Part shown: positions 21,447 through 32,000 of the stretch, one piece after another
Layout: the number at the start of each line of letters is the position of its first letter
How positions within the stretch are numbered: position 1 is the stretch's first letter
Source of the DNA: a virus
Taxonomy: Duplodnaviria > Caudoviricetes
Strand: one strand, 5' to 3'
Virus record (IMG/VR): IMGVR_UViG_3300025053_000003
Coordinates: 10,716 to 74,715 of that record
DNA: 64,000 bases
The notes under the pieces: generated by a model
Databases searched by the model: none
The model's input: the letters and a program-made list of their open reading frames with translations, nothing else
Told to the model about the DNA's origin: nothing
Program-made: the position numbers and the translations under genes

Positions 21447-22825
21447 ACCTGACAAATTACTGCAAGGCCGGTTTTCCTTTACTCTCAATCCAGACAGAAG
21501 AGGTCAAGAGATGCGTTCAGTCTATCAGTACCGATGCTCCCTTTACCGTCAACAGGTGGAACGCTGTTGACGGTATCAGAGGAGAATACAAGAAAATTCC
21601 TGACCTGATAGAATACAGTACCACCTTAAGTCAATCCATTTTAATTCTTGAGAATTTCAACTGGTTTTTTGAAGACAAGGGAATTCTTCAGGTAATAAGC
21701 AATAATCTCGAATTGTATAAAAACAATCAAGTCACTTTGGTTATTGTTGGCAAAGATAAAATCAATCCCTTTTTCGACAAAGCGGCCTGTACAGTAGATT
21801 TCCGGTTGCCGGTTGCGAATGATTTTTTGCCGATGATCTTAAATTTTGCTGGCCAGATCGGGCAAAATATCGCGCTTGGTGAGCAAAGAAATATCGCTGA
21901 GAATTGTCTTGGTTTGAGCTATGATGAAGCGGAAAACGCTATTGCACTTGAGATTGTCAAGAGCGGCAAAATTACAGTAGAGGCGGTTTATCGGGCAAAA
22001 GAAGGGATAATTAATAATTCGGGGTTGATGCAGATTCAGAAACCCGAAAGTTTAGAAAACATCGGCGGTCTTGAGCCGTTAAAAAAGTATTTTGAAGCAC
22101 GATTACAAGCATACCAGATGGGCAATGAGCATATGCCAAAGCTGAAAGCAATTTTGCTTGTTGGAACACCTGGTTGTGGGAAAAGCCTCTTCAGCAAGGC
22201 ACTTGCAAGCGTTTTCAATCGGCTACTGATTTCCGCTAATATTAATAATTTGAAAGATAGCTTAGTGGGGAATACGGAAAAACGAACAAAGCAATTTACG
22301 GAAATAGTTGACAGTATAGGGGACTGTATCGTTCACCTTGACGAGATTGACCGGATGTTTAGCAATGGCCAAGGTGATTCAGGGACAAGTAAAGGCCAGC
22401 TCGGAGCGTTTCTTACATGGATGAACGACAGATCGAGTTCAGCAATTATCGTAGCTACCAGCAACAACCTTTCAGACCTTCCTGCTGAGTTCTTGCGTTC
22501 TGGCCGGTGGGATTGTATTTTTTTCGTTGACTATCCGAACCTTGAAGAGAGAAAAATCATCATCGAAATTATGAACCGGAAACACCACGCCAGTTTGCCG
22601 TTTAGCCTTGCAGAAAAGCTTGAGTCGTGGAGTGGAGCCGAAATCGAACAGCTTGCAAAAGATTCTCACTTCGATGATATCGATTACCTTGTCAAGAACC
22701 AACCCGTTTTGTGGAAAACGAACCGGGACAAAATCGAGAAAATAAAAGAGCTTGCAAAAAATTACAGAAGGGCCAATGGCAAGCCGGTTACTGATATCAC
22801 TCAAATTCGGAAAATTGGAGGTTGA
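21443..22825 (+). CDS. AAA+ ATPase (Ycf46-like)
   Basis: [28 protein letters not shown]. Confidence 0.85.
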   Translation: MNLTNYCKAGFPLLSIQTEEVKRCVQSISTDAPFTVNRWNAVDGIRGEYKKIPDLIEYSTTLSQSILILENFNWFFEDKGILQVISNNLELYKNNQVTLVIVGKDKINPFFDKAACTVDFRLPVANDFLPMILNFAGQIGQNIALGEQRNIAENCLGLSYDEAENAIALEIVKSGKITVEAVYRAKEGIINNSGLMQIQKPESLENIGGLEPLKKYFEARLQAYQMGNEHMPKLKAILLVGTPGCGKSLFSKALASVFNRLLISANINNLKDSLVGNTEKRTKQFTEIVDSIGDCIVHLDEIDRMFSNGQGDSGTSKGQLGAFLTWMNDRSSSAIIVATSNNLSDLPAEFLRSGRWDCIFFVDYPNLEERKIIIEIMNRKHHASLPFSLAEKLESWSGAEIEQLAKDSHFDDIDYLVKNQPVLWKTNRDKIEKIKELAKNYRRANGKPVTDITQIRKIGG

Positions 22826-23285
22826 AATATGAAACCTCTAACCGTCTACGCAAAGAAAGAACCAACAAAAAGGAATAAGAAAGTCACTATAAATTGTTTT
22901 AATTGGATTCTCAAGTGGAGGGATTAGAGATGGAACATACATCTGGACCATGGAAAATAAGGTTATGACCGAGATTAATAAAACAACAGGAGAATAAGAC
23001 AATGCAAAATAAATGGTACGCTGCAAAAACCGGAAACCACCAAGGACTTGTCATTGACGAAAAGACAGGCTATAATATAGCCGTAGCATATGACAAAAAG
23101 CACACTAGCTTACTCGCCGCTGCTCCTGACCTGCTGAAACTTGCTAAAGCTTTTGAACAGGTTGTCATGGAAAGCGGAAACAACTTACTTTCAACGGCGA
23201 CAAAAGAAGAGAAAAATAGATTTATATCAAGTATAGTTTTCGCATGGAATGATAACTGCCAGGCTCTTGACGGCTTTGAAAACGC

Positions 23286-23314
23286 TTGACAAAGACGAAA
23301 ATATTTAATAAAAT
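23286..23314 (+). promoter_or_regulatory. sigma-70-like early promoter; related copies at 25026-25054, 27716-27744, 28866-28894
   Basis: TTGnnn-N17-TAAnnT in all four, with a shared AWWWTTAR just before the -10. Confidence 0.65.
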
Positions 23315-24083
23315 TCACTTAAATCAAGAAAGGCATTGTGCAAAATTTTTCAGGAGGCCAAAACATGAACGTAAACCATCAAAGAAAAGTAGCGGAGCTT
23401 GTTGACTCTTTTTCCGCAATTCTCAAGATCGAGTGCGAAAAGCTTTACAGATCAAACATGGTCGAGGTGGAATCTTTTTCACCTGATGAGTATATCCTTG
23501 CCAAAATCCTTGTTTCAGCAGCGATTGAAAGGGAAGGAAAGGGCTACTACCCAAGAGACAAGAAACAGATCAAAGAAGTTAAAAATCTGGTTTTGAGATA
23601 GGTGCCAAAATGAAAAGAGGACAATGGAATTTAAATTTTGATGGTGTCGATGAATTGACGGATTCAGACCAAGAACATATCGCAAATTTAATTAAAGAAG
23701 GATATACAAGCGGCGAAATTCTCCAAGAGGAGGAACACGATTTAATTATTATTTCTCTCTTCGATGCAGAGGCAGAATGTTCTTGCGGAAATTGGCATTA
23801 TTGTTTTACCGGCTCAAGAACAAAAGAAGAAATTAACGAAGAATTCCAGAAACATCTTGAATGGTATAATTGAGGTAAAACTATGAAATGCAAAGCATGT
23901 AAATACGAATTTGTTGAAAAGCATAATAGAGAAGAAGGGAAAGGGTATGAAGAAGAAAAGTTTAGGAAAATTAATGGGAATTTTACAATTAAGGGGACAG
24001 GGTGGAATGAAGCGATTACAGAAGTTTGGATTTTTGCCTGCCCTAAATTCTGGACATTGAAGGCATTTATTTAAGGTGACAAA

Positions 24084-24791
24084 ATGTCCAGAATTTTTTT
24101 GACTGGCGATATTCACGGCGAAATATCCGTCAATCGTCTCTCTGGCAAAAACTGGCCGGAAGGCCGAAAACTATCTAAACAGGATTATTTAATTATCCTT
24201 GGCGATTTCGGCTTACTCTGGAAAATGCAACCTGACAGAAATGAGGTTTACTGGCTCAACTGGTTGCAAAGTAGAAGCTGGACTACTCTTTTTATTCCTG
24301 GAAACCACGAGAATTATTTTAGACTTAAACAATTAGAAAATGTCAAGATGTTTGGCTCAGAAGCTCAAAAAGTAAGCGATTCCGTTTTTATGCTGAAACG
24401 GGGTGAAGTTTATACAATCGAGAATAAGAAATTTTTCTGCATGGGTGGCGCAAGGAGCCACGACAAAGCATACAGAAGAGAATTTATTTCGTGGTGGCCG
24501 GAAGAAGAGCCTAGTCAAGCAGAATGCGAAAAGGGACTACAGAACCTTCAGGATCACAAAAACAAAGTAGACTACATATTAGGGCATACATCGTCAACGT
24601 CAGCAGTTAAGAGACTTGGCGAAATTTGTGGCCAGGATTTTAGCAGTAAATCAGAAAACCTTAACAAATATTTTGATGTAGTTTGCGAGATGGTAAAATT
24701 CAAGAAATTTTTCTTTGGGCACTTTCATGTGGATGAGAATATTGACGGGATTTTTCACTGTTTATATAAAGATATAATTGAAATCGGATAA
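24084..24791 (+). CDS. metallophosphoesterase (Ser/Thr phosphatase-like)
   Basis: GDIHG, GDFG, GNHEN, GHT, GHFH. Confidence 0.88.
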   Translation: MSRIFLTGDIHGEISVNRLSGKNWPEGRKLSKQDYLIILGDFGLLWKMQPDRNEVYWLNWLQSRSWTTLFIPGNHENYFRLKQLENVKMFGSEAQKVSDSVFMLKRGEVYTIENKKFFCMGGARSHDKAYRREFISWWPEEEPSQAECEKGLQNLQDHKNKVDYILGHTSSTSAVKRLGEICGQDFSSKSENLNKYFDVVCEMVKFKKFFFGHFHVDENIDGIFHCLYKDIIEIG

Positions 24792-25738
24792 GGGGAAAAT
24801 ATGAAAAGGACCATTTACCTTCCATCAATTTCCAGAAGTGTCACTCTAAGGGAATACAATCAAGCAATTAAACTAGCTAAGAAAAATCCTGATGTTGAGT
24901 TCAAGTATGGCCTTTCTTGTTGGTGGCCGTGTTCAGGAAGGGAGATTATGCGTCAATTCTTTGACGGACTTCAAGACCGGATCAATAGTAAAATTCCCTA
25001 TATACAGAGAGGGATAAAATAATTGTTGCAATTAGGTCAAATTATTAGTAAGATGTGTTTGCGATGAAGAAAAATCTTCCAGGAGGCGGGAAATGTGGCA
25101 GACAAAAGTTTTCAAGACCAAAAAAAAGATGCTTGCTTTCCTGGAGAAAAATCAGAATATCCAGCACCAGGAAATTTTCGTGAATAACGCTTACGGGATC
25201 GAGTACCGGAAACTCAACAAAGTATATTGAAAGGTCAAAACATGAACCAAATCGAAGCAGTGACCAAAGCTAAGGAGTCAGCCGAAACTCTTGTAAACGA
25301 TCTAAGAGAAGCGGTTAGGGGTGAGAATTTTCTCCTTTCTCATATGGTTTGAACTGAAACAAATCGAAAATCTAATTGAAACAAATTAAAGGGAGAAAAC
25401 AAAATGACGATTGACAAGATCATGGGTATGAAAAATCAGGAATTCGCAAAAACCGTCAAGAGCTTCCAGGATGCTTGTGAAAAGGCTGGAATTCCGCCTA
25501 CGAAGCGGCAGGCAAGCAAATGGCGGAATAAGAAGGGGATAGCTTTCTTGGGGAAGAAATAAATATGAAAACGCCACAAGATGTCGGGAGGTTCAGGATC
25601 GGGATTATCAAGAAAATGATGAAGGGAGACTTGCCACCAGAACAAGCCATCAATATTCAGAAAATGACAGACAGGGAATTGTTGCATTTAATTAGAAGTA
25701 ATCAAGAAACAAACTAAAACAAATTAAGAGGTAGCAAA

Positions 25739-26224
25739 ATGGAACTTACGGCAAAGCAGTTGGCAGAAAGATTTACGAATGCAGGGATTAGTATCAGTAT
25801 CGTTGAGGCAAGTGGTTTCCTTCGTATCGGGAAAGCAAATGGAGCCGTAACGGAATCAGGGCGAGTTCCAAAAGTTCCAGGGCAGCGGGGCAGGAAGGAA
25901 GTGATCTGGAGCATTCCTGATTCCTTCACAATCACAATGCCGGTTATTGCACAAGAAGCAAAACAGCCGGAAATCGTGAAGGTTAAGACAATCGAAGCCA
26001 TAGAAGTTAAACCCGAAATGCCGATTATTGAAAAGGCAATGGCCGAAGTAGAACCAGTAAAGAGAACGATGAAAATTGTTACAAGTACAAAGAGAGAAAC
26101 CCCTAAAACTGGCTTGAAGAAAGCACAAGAAGAGATCAAGGCTCAAGTGAAGAAAGGAACACCGAAGGCTGTAAAGAAACAAACTACTACAAAGAAGCCG
26201 GAAGGGAAACAGTTATCGGCTTAA
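25739..26224 (+). CDS. hypothetical protein with Lys/Thr/Pro-rich tail
   Basis: ORF with GAGG RBS. Confidence 0.55.
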   Translation: MELTAKQLAERFTNAGISISIVEASGFLRIGKANGAVTESGRVPKVPGQRGRKEVIWSIPDSFTITMPVIAQEAKQPEIVKVKTIEAIEVKPEMPIIEKAMAEVEPVKRTMKIVTSTKRETPKTGLKKAQEEIKAQVKKGTPKAVKKQTTTKKPEGKQLSA

Positions 26225-26412
26225 TTCTGGACAAATGCTCTGACATTTTGTATATTAAATCAAGAAATTGGGACCTGCTTAAATTTGCATGTTACAGCGT
26301 TCAAGGTGGCGTTTTTGGGAGTTGGTGTAGGGTGGCATGGCAAAGGATGTAAACGTGGCGTGGCGGTGTTACTGACAGCTTTCTCAGCGATATTAAACAA
26401 AAGGGTGGTAAA

Positions 26413-27273
26413 ATGAGTAAGACTCCGAAAATTAAAACTGAGAAAGGTGGTGTTGTGAGTCCAGTATCCTCAAATGCTGAATCCGTCAAAGAGGATACGG
26501 GAATAGTAAATGAGGGGTCTGGGGGTGGGAATCCAGGGGCTGCTAATGCTGAATCCGTCAAAGAGGATACGGGAAATTCAGTATCCGCCAATCAGAATGC
26601 GGGAGAAAACTCCGCCAATAAGGATGCGGGGTCTGGGGGTGGTGGAGGGGGACCTATTCTTAAGATGGTGTTTGGTGAAGGCGGTAACAGGGTTGCCGGA
26701 TTGGCTGGTATTGGCTCAAGTGGTAAGACTAATTCAATAATGTATCTGCTGAAAAATTTCCATGATCTTTGCCCAAGTGTCCAAATTTATACTTATGGAT
26801 TGACGGAGAGAACACAAGAATGGGCAACTAAAAATCTGAAAGCGATTGAAGTTTCTTGTATTTCTCATTTAAGTGATAAATCTAATTCTATTTTTTTTCT
26901 GGATGAAGTGCATTTGCTTGGATTATCGGACAGAACTAAGGTGTCTGAAGTAAAAGCGTTTGCCTCTTTTCTCAACCATAGTAACAATTATGTCATACTT
27001 TCGACATCTAATATAAAAGAGTATAATTCGACCCTCTGTTCAATAATTAATGTTTGGCTTTTGAAAACCGTAAAAATCAATATGACCACGAATGGGACGG
27101 ACTTAAAAAGATCCATAAGAGACTATAGGGGGAGATATAAGAGGCTTGACGATGTAATTTTACCAGTTAATAAACTTTTAGTTCTATCAGACCAGAGAGA
27201 ATTAGTAATTGATATTGAGTATATCCCAGAAATTGATGGGAAGGCGGAATTACCAGACTTATTCGCCTGCTAA
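26413..27273 (+). CDS. P-loop ATPase with Gly-rich repetitive N-terminal extension
   Basis: GIGSSGKT Walker A, FFLDE Walker B; 31-bp direct repeats at 26473-26503 and 26545-26575. Confidence 0.6.
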   Translation: MSKTPKIKTEKGGVVSPVSSNAESVKEDTGIVNEGSGGGNPGAANAESVKEDTGNSVSANQNAGENSANKDAGSGGGGGGPILKMVFGEGGNRVAGLAGIGSSGKTNSIMYLLKNFHDLCPSVQIYTYGLTERTQEWATKNLKAIEVSCISHLSDKSNSIFFLDEVHLLGLSDRTKVSEVKAFASFLNHSNNYVILSTSNIKEYNSTLCSIINVWLLKTVKINMTTNGTDLKRSIRDYRGRYKRLDDVILPVNKLLVLSDQRELVIDIEYIPEIDGKAELPDLFAC

Positions 27274-27306
27274 ATTGTTGAGGAAATTGTTGAGGAAATT
27301 GTTGAG
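27272..27306. repeat. 12-bp tandem repeat (AAATTGTTGAGG) x3
   Basis: Read directly; overlaps the ATPase stop. Confidence 0.9.
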
Positions 27307-27783
27307 AAATCTAAATTAGAAAATGGAAATTGGGAAGATGGCTTCATTGACCAGTTTGGGGATTTTTTAACAAGACAAGAAGCGATGAAAATTGCAATTG
27401 CGGCTGGGCAGAAGGCTGATATTAAACGGGGTTGTGGCGGGGATAAAGGAATTCTTTACAGTGAAGGTCTTTATTAAGGAGAACTAAAATGAAAACTCAA
27501 TCGCACCAGATAAACTACGACGATATTATTTGTACAGTATTTAAGCAAGAAATAGCCGGTTTTTTATGGCAATGATTCATATAAAACCCTTCAACTTTGT
27601 ACCGATATTGAAAAGATGGATACGTTCTTTGAGGTGGAAGACGGGAATAATGAAGTTTGCGCTTTCAATTCATTACCAGAGGCGATAGATAAATACAATT
27701 CTCTCAATTAATACCTTGCCAAATACCTAAATATTTAGTAATATATAATTGTCCTGAATAGTTCAGGGCTAAGAATCCGGTTC

Positions 27784-28854
27784 TTGGAGCCGGTAGGAAA
27801 TCTTGGATTTCTTAAATTCACAGGAGGTAGTAAAATGAAAGTTCAAATCGAAAGAAGCAAAGAATTTGTAGCAAAGTTGATGATCGAGACAGGTGCAAAT
27901 CATCCACAGCTTGTCATTATAGAGGTTGACCCGGCTCTTCTCTCAAAAGAGGTAAGGGCGGCAATTATCACTAACAGGGGAGGCTATCCAGATACAATAA
28001 CTTCTTTCTGGTATGATAAAATGGGTGATCTTTTATCGCCAGGAAAAATGAATGAAGGGAGTCAATTTTTCTATCTTGACGCAAGGGAAGAAGATATTAC
28101 GCAGGAAGATGTTAATATCGTTCTCCTGGAGGCTCTTGACAAGATCAAGAATGAAATCAAACCAAAACTAATTGAAAAAGAAAACAAAAAGAAACAGGAA
28201 TTCGAGCAGAGAATCACTGATTTTTTGAATAATAAGGATATTAGGGTAAATAATATCTGGGCAGAATATGTTGATCTCCCTTATGTCGGGAGAATTGATG
28301 CTAAAAATTGCACCAGATATAACGAAGTTCGAGAAGTAGCGGAGAATCACCTTGCTGGAATTAAAGCGATGAACGAAGAACGTAACCGGATTGAAGAAGA
28401 GAAGAACAAGAAAATTGCCCAGGAAAAGAGAGATACAATTAATGCTTGGGTAGAAAAATTCGGGAATGATAATCAAAGGGGCCGTTTGAAGTTGAACCTT
28501 CTCCCTGATGATGAAATTCTCGCCGAAATCAGAGGTACTGTATTTGAGGAACTGTCCAGTTTCCCGCGATACGAGAAGATCAGGAGCAATGAGATTAAAT
28601 GTTCATGTGAGTACGACGATCAAGAAATTGAATTTAATGTAACGGATTCTGATTCAGCGACTCCAGAAAATTTTGAATTGTTGAATAAGATTATGGGGAT
28701 TATGCCCAGTGCAAAGGTTGTTCTCCGTGACCATATCGGGTTTTGTGAACGGTGCCATAATAACGATTTAGAAGATGGTGAAATCCAGAGGAAGTCGATA
28801 CTGGCAACAGTTGAACATGGTGGTTTTACTTTTAGCAGGGAGTTTGCTGTTTAA
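27784..28854 (+). CDS. hypothetical coiled-coil protein (start probably ATG 27835)
   Basis: GGAGG RBS before MKVQIE. Confidence 0.6.
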   Translation: MEPVGNLGFLKFTGGSKMKVQIERSKEFVAKLMIETGANHPQLVIIEVDPALLSKEVRAAIITNRGGYPDTITSFWYDKMGDLLSPGKMNEGSQFFYLDAREEDITQEDVNIVLLEALDKIKNEIKPKLIEKENKKKQEFEQRITDFLNNKDIRVNNIWAEYVDLPYVGRIDAKNCTRYNEVREVAENHLAGIKAMNEERNRIEEEKNKKIAQEKRDTINAWVEKFGNDNQRGRLKLNLLPDDEILAEIRGTVFEELSSFPRYEKIRSNEIKCSCEYDDQEIEFNVTDSDSATPENFELLNKIMGIMPSAKVVLRDHIGFCERCHNNDLEDGEIQRKSILATVEHGGFTFSREFAV

Positions 28855-28897
28855 TCGCTTTAGTGTTGACTTGATTGTTAATAATTAGTAAAGTGAA

Positions 28898-29043
28898 TTT
28901 GTGAGATAGGTCATGGTTCAAGTCCCTACTATCTCACAAAGCCGGGACACAAAGCGGCTATAAATAAAAGCGTGCGTGTTTAGTCTGCTGACAGTAGGCT
29001 TTCGCGGCTGGGACGAAACGCCAGCGCCGGAGTCGTAACCGGT
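28898..29043 (+). ncRNA. candidate structured RNA/leader with five hairpins, the first carrying a T-loop-like GGTTCAAGTCC
   Basis: 12-bp perfect stem 28898-28909/28929-28940 starting at the predicted TSS; four further hairpins. Confidence 0.45.
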
Positions 29044-29072
29044 ATCTTCTAAATTAAACAAAGGAGAAAATA

Positions 29073-32000
29073 ATGAACGAAATCAAGAGGCCGGAAGGAT
29101 GTACTGATGAGCATTTGTGTTATCTTGACGATCTAAGGGAGTCAGGAGCGTGCAATATGTTTGGTGCTTCGGCTTTCCTTGTTGATGAATTCGGAATCAG
29201 TAAAAAATTAGCGATTGAAATAGTCGGGTATTGGATGAAAACTTTCGACCCGAATAAATAGAATTTGTTTAAAGGAGAAATGAAAATGCAAAAACTTAGC
29301 ACGGGTGATGATGCAACACTTGGCAACTACCGTAAACTGGCAACTGCATTTTTTGGTGAAGAAAGTAAGGCTGTTGAGTTTCTTAATGAGAAAATAGCAG
29401 AGATCCCAAACGGAGAAAATGAAGAAGTGATTGCAGCCGAATCCCAGATGGTATATTTACTCGGGACGATGGCTAACTAATAGAGGCAAACAATGCTTAA
29501 TCCAATCCTATATTGGTTAGACGGCATAAATAAGTACGGATGGCTGTTCATTTATGCTCATTTCTTTTCTGTATCGTTTAAACAGGATATTTATTTCCAA
29601 AACAAGGGATATGATATCCTCTCATTGAATAAACATCCAGGATATACAACTTGCCGATTCCAAGACAACCCTTATTATTTATAGGAGAACTAAAATGAAC
29701 AAGAAAGAAGTAACCTCATTAGTGGACACCGCCGCAGAACTTGACAACCAAATCAAAGAGCTTGAAACTAAAATCAAGCCACTAAAGGAAAAGATTAAAC
29801 AGCTTGCCGAAAAGGATTACACCGAATCGGAACTGAAGAGTGGCGTTACTATTCTCGGAAATAATGCTGTAGTTAAAATTACAGGTGCCGAAAAGAGGGA
29901 AGAGGCTGACCCGGAAACTGTATTTAATTTTCTGCTTAAACGGAAATTGGAGCATAGGTTTATCGACGTGGTAAAAATTGAAGTAAAATCCCTTTCTACG
30001 ATTATCGGGGATGAAGAATCAAAGAAACTCAGGCCCGTGGTTGGGTTGACGTTACGGCAATCTTTCAGTAAGAGGTAGGATATGAAATTCGATAAACCAA
30101 GGGGACAAAGGTTGCATAAGCAATTTATTTGGATTACGAATCACGACAATTTGTGGTATGTAGATTCTGAAAAGAGGTGGATGTGTCATGATGAAATTCC
30201 AGAATTAGTATGTTACTCGACGTGTTGTGATTGTAGATCGATCAAGGCTTTTAAGCGTCATTTAAGAAAACATCCTGAAATTAGGGGAAAGGCAATTCTG
30301 GTATCCAGGTTCAAAGGCTTTAATGTTTATGCTTAATTTGTACTAAAACTTCAAAACTGTCGGTGAAATTCCACAGAAATTGTTCCATAAATTGTCCAAA
30401 TTAAAATATAGGTATTTAAAATGGATGAAATAATCCTATATTGTGCTGGTTGTAACATCAAAGTTGCTACCGTTAAGAAAGGGGCGATGAAGATGAAATC
30501 AGGAGCGGTGCTTATTTGCGACTCCTGCGATTGGAAACGTAAAGCCTCTGATCTTTCAAATAAAACAAAACAATCTAAGCCAGCAGATATGCCGGATTTC
30601 TTTAAAGACATTTTCGGAGGCAAAATATGAATGCTTATAACTATCCTTCTCCTCTGTTTGAGACTCATACAGTCGAAGAAAATTGGGAAAATGGTAAAAG
30701 GACAGTTAAGGGCAAAACAAAACTCGTTAAATCTGAAACGATTAAAAAGAAAGCACAAAGGATCGTTAAAGAAATCGGGGCCAGTTCTAGTATCGTCCAA
30801 AACAAGAAATTGTTTATCCAGATAGAGAACACAGAGTATAACCTGGAATTGACATATTTTGGTATTCCTGAAGATACCCCAGAGGGAACAGGAATCAATT
30901 TAATCCCAGAAGAAACAGAAAAATGTCAATACCGGAATCTCAATTTTAGAAAACTTAATTTTGAGAAAATATTTTATTCTCCTGAGTGGTGGGGAAACGG
31001 ACAATTTATTCTGAAGGGAGAAAAGCCTAAAAATAACGAAGGGTACGATGAACAGGAAATAGACATGGATTTTCTTGTTAAGAATCTCCCGATGACAGAC
31101 CATCTTAGCTGGGATAATATTGTCCGATTGGGTGAAGAGGTAGGCGATGACTTACTTAAATTTGCAGAAAACATTTATCTCAGGACAAAATTTGTTCAAT
31201 TCATCGAAAAGAATACAACAGGGACACTGACTTTTAAAATTAAATATGATAAAATAGGGAATAACGATTGGCGTAGTCCTGTTTACGTTTATTCTGACGG
31301 TTCGATAGTTGCCCTGATTATGTGCTATCAGGCGAGTGATATAAAGATTGACAATATCGGGATTCTAAATTATAAACCATCAAGAAAGTTTTAAGGGGAG
31401 AGCAGTAAGTGAAGAAACCAGTTAGATTACAGACGGAAACGATGGAAGAATACGGTTATATTATTTGTCCAAATTGTGGGAATGATTTAATTTGGGCTGA
31501 AGACGATCTTTATGAAAATGAATTCGAGGTGGTCCAATGTTCATTTTGTGATTTTGTATTTGAAGTTAAAAAAGGAACAAGAACATTTTATACCATAAAA
31601 TAATTGAGTTAGAAATGAAAATTTCCAATAAAGTGATGAAAATCGGTGAGTGGGAGAATCCACCTACGGTCATGTATCGGCTGGGCTGTGACTGCAATTC
31701 CCCCATTGTGGGTTAGTTTGCGATTTTGAGGTCGATCATGATTATCTTACATTAAATTTTTACAAAACTTTAGTTTCTGTAAATTATTCCGATAGTAGAT
31801 TCAAGAATTTCTGCTGGAGGATTCGGTCAGCGTTGAAAATTCTATTTATTGGTCGGATCGAGGTAGAAGAATGTTTGATGCTCAGGGGCGAAGAACATAT
31901 CAATTCCTTTATCCAGGCATTGGAAGAAGCAAGGGCGTTTATTAAGGAGAATCAGAAATGAAAACCGCAAGATTCTATACAACCGATAGGAATAAACTAA

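Noticed and set aside
28935-29025. c-di-GMP-I riboswitch (GGGACACAAAGC) or hammerhead (GGACGAAAC)
   Set aside because: No GNRA-capped P1 for the riboswitch; no CUGANGA core with proper stem II for a hammerhead.
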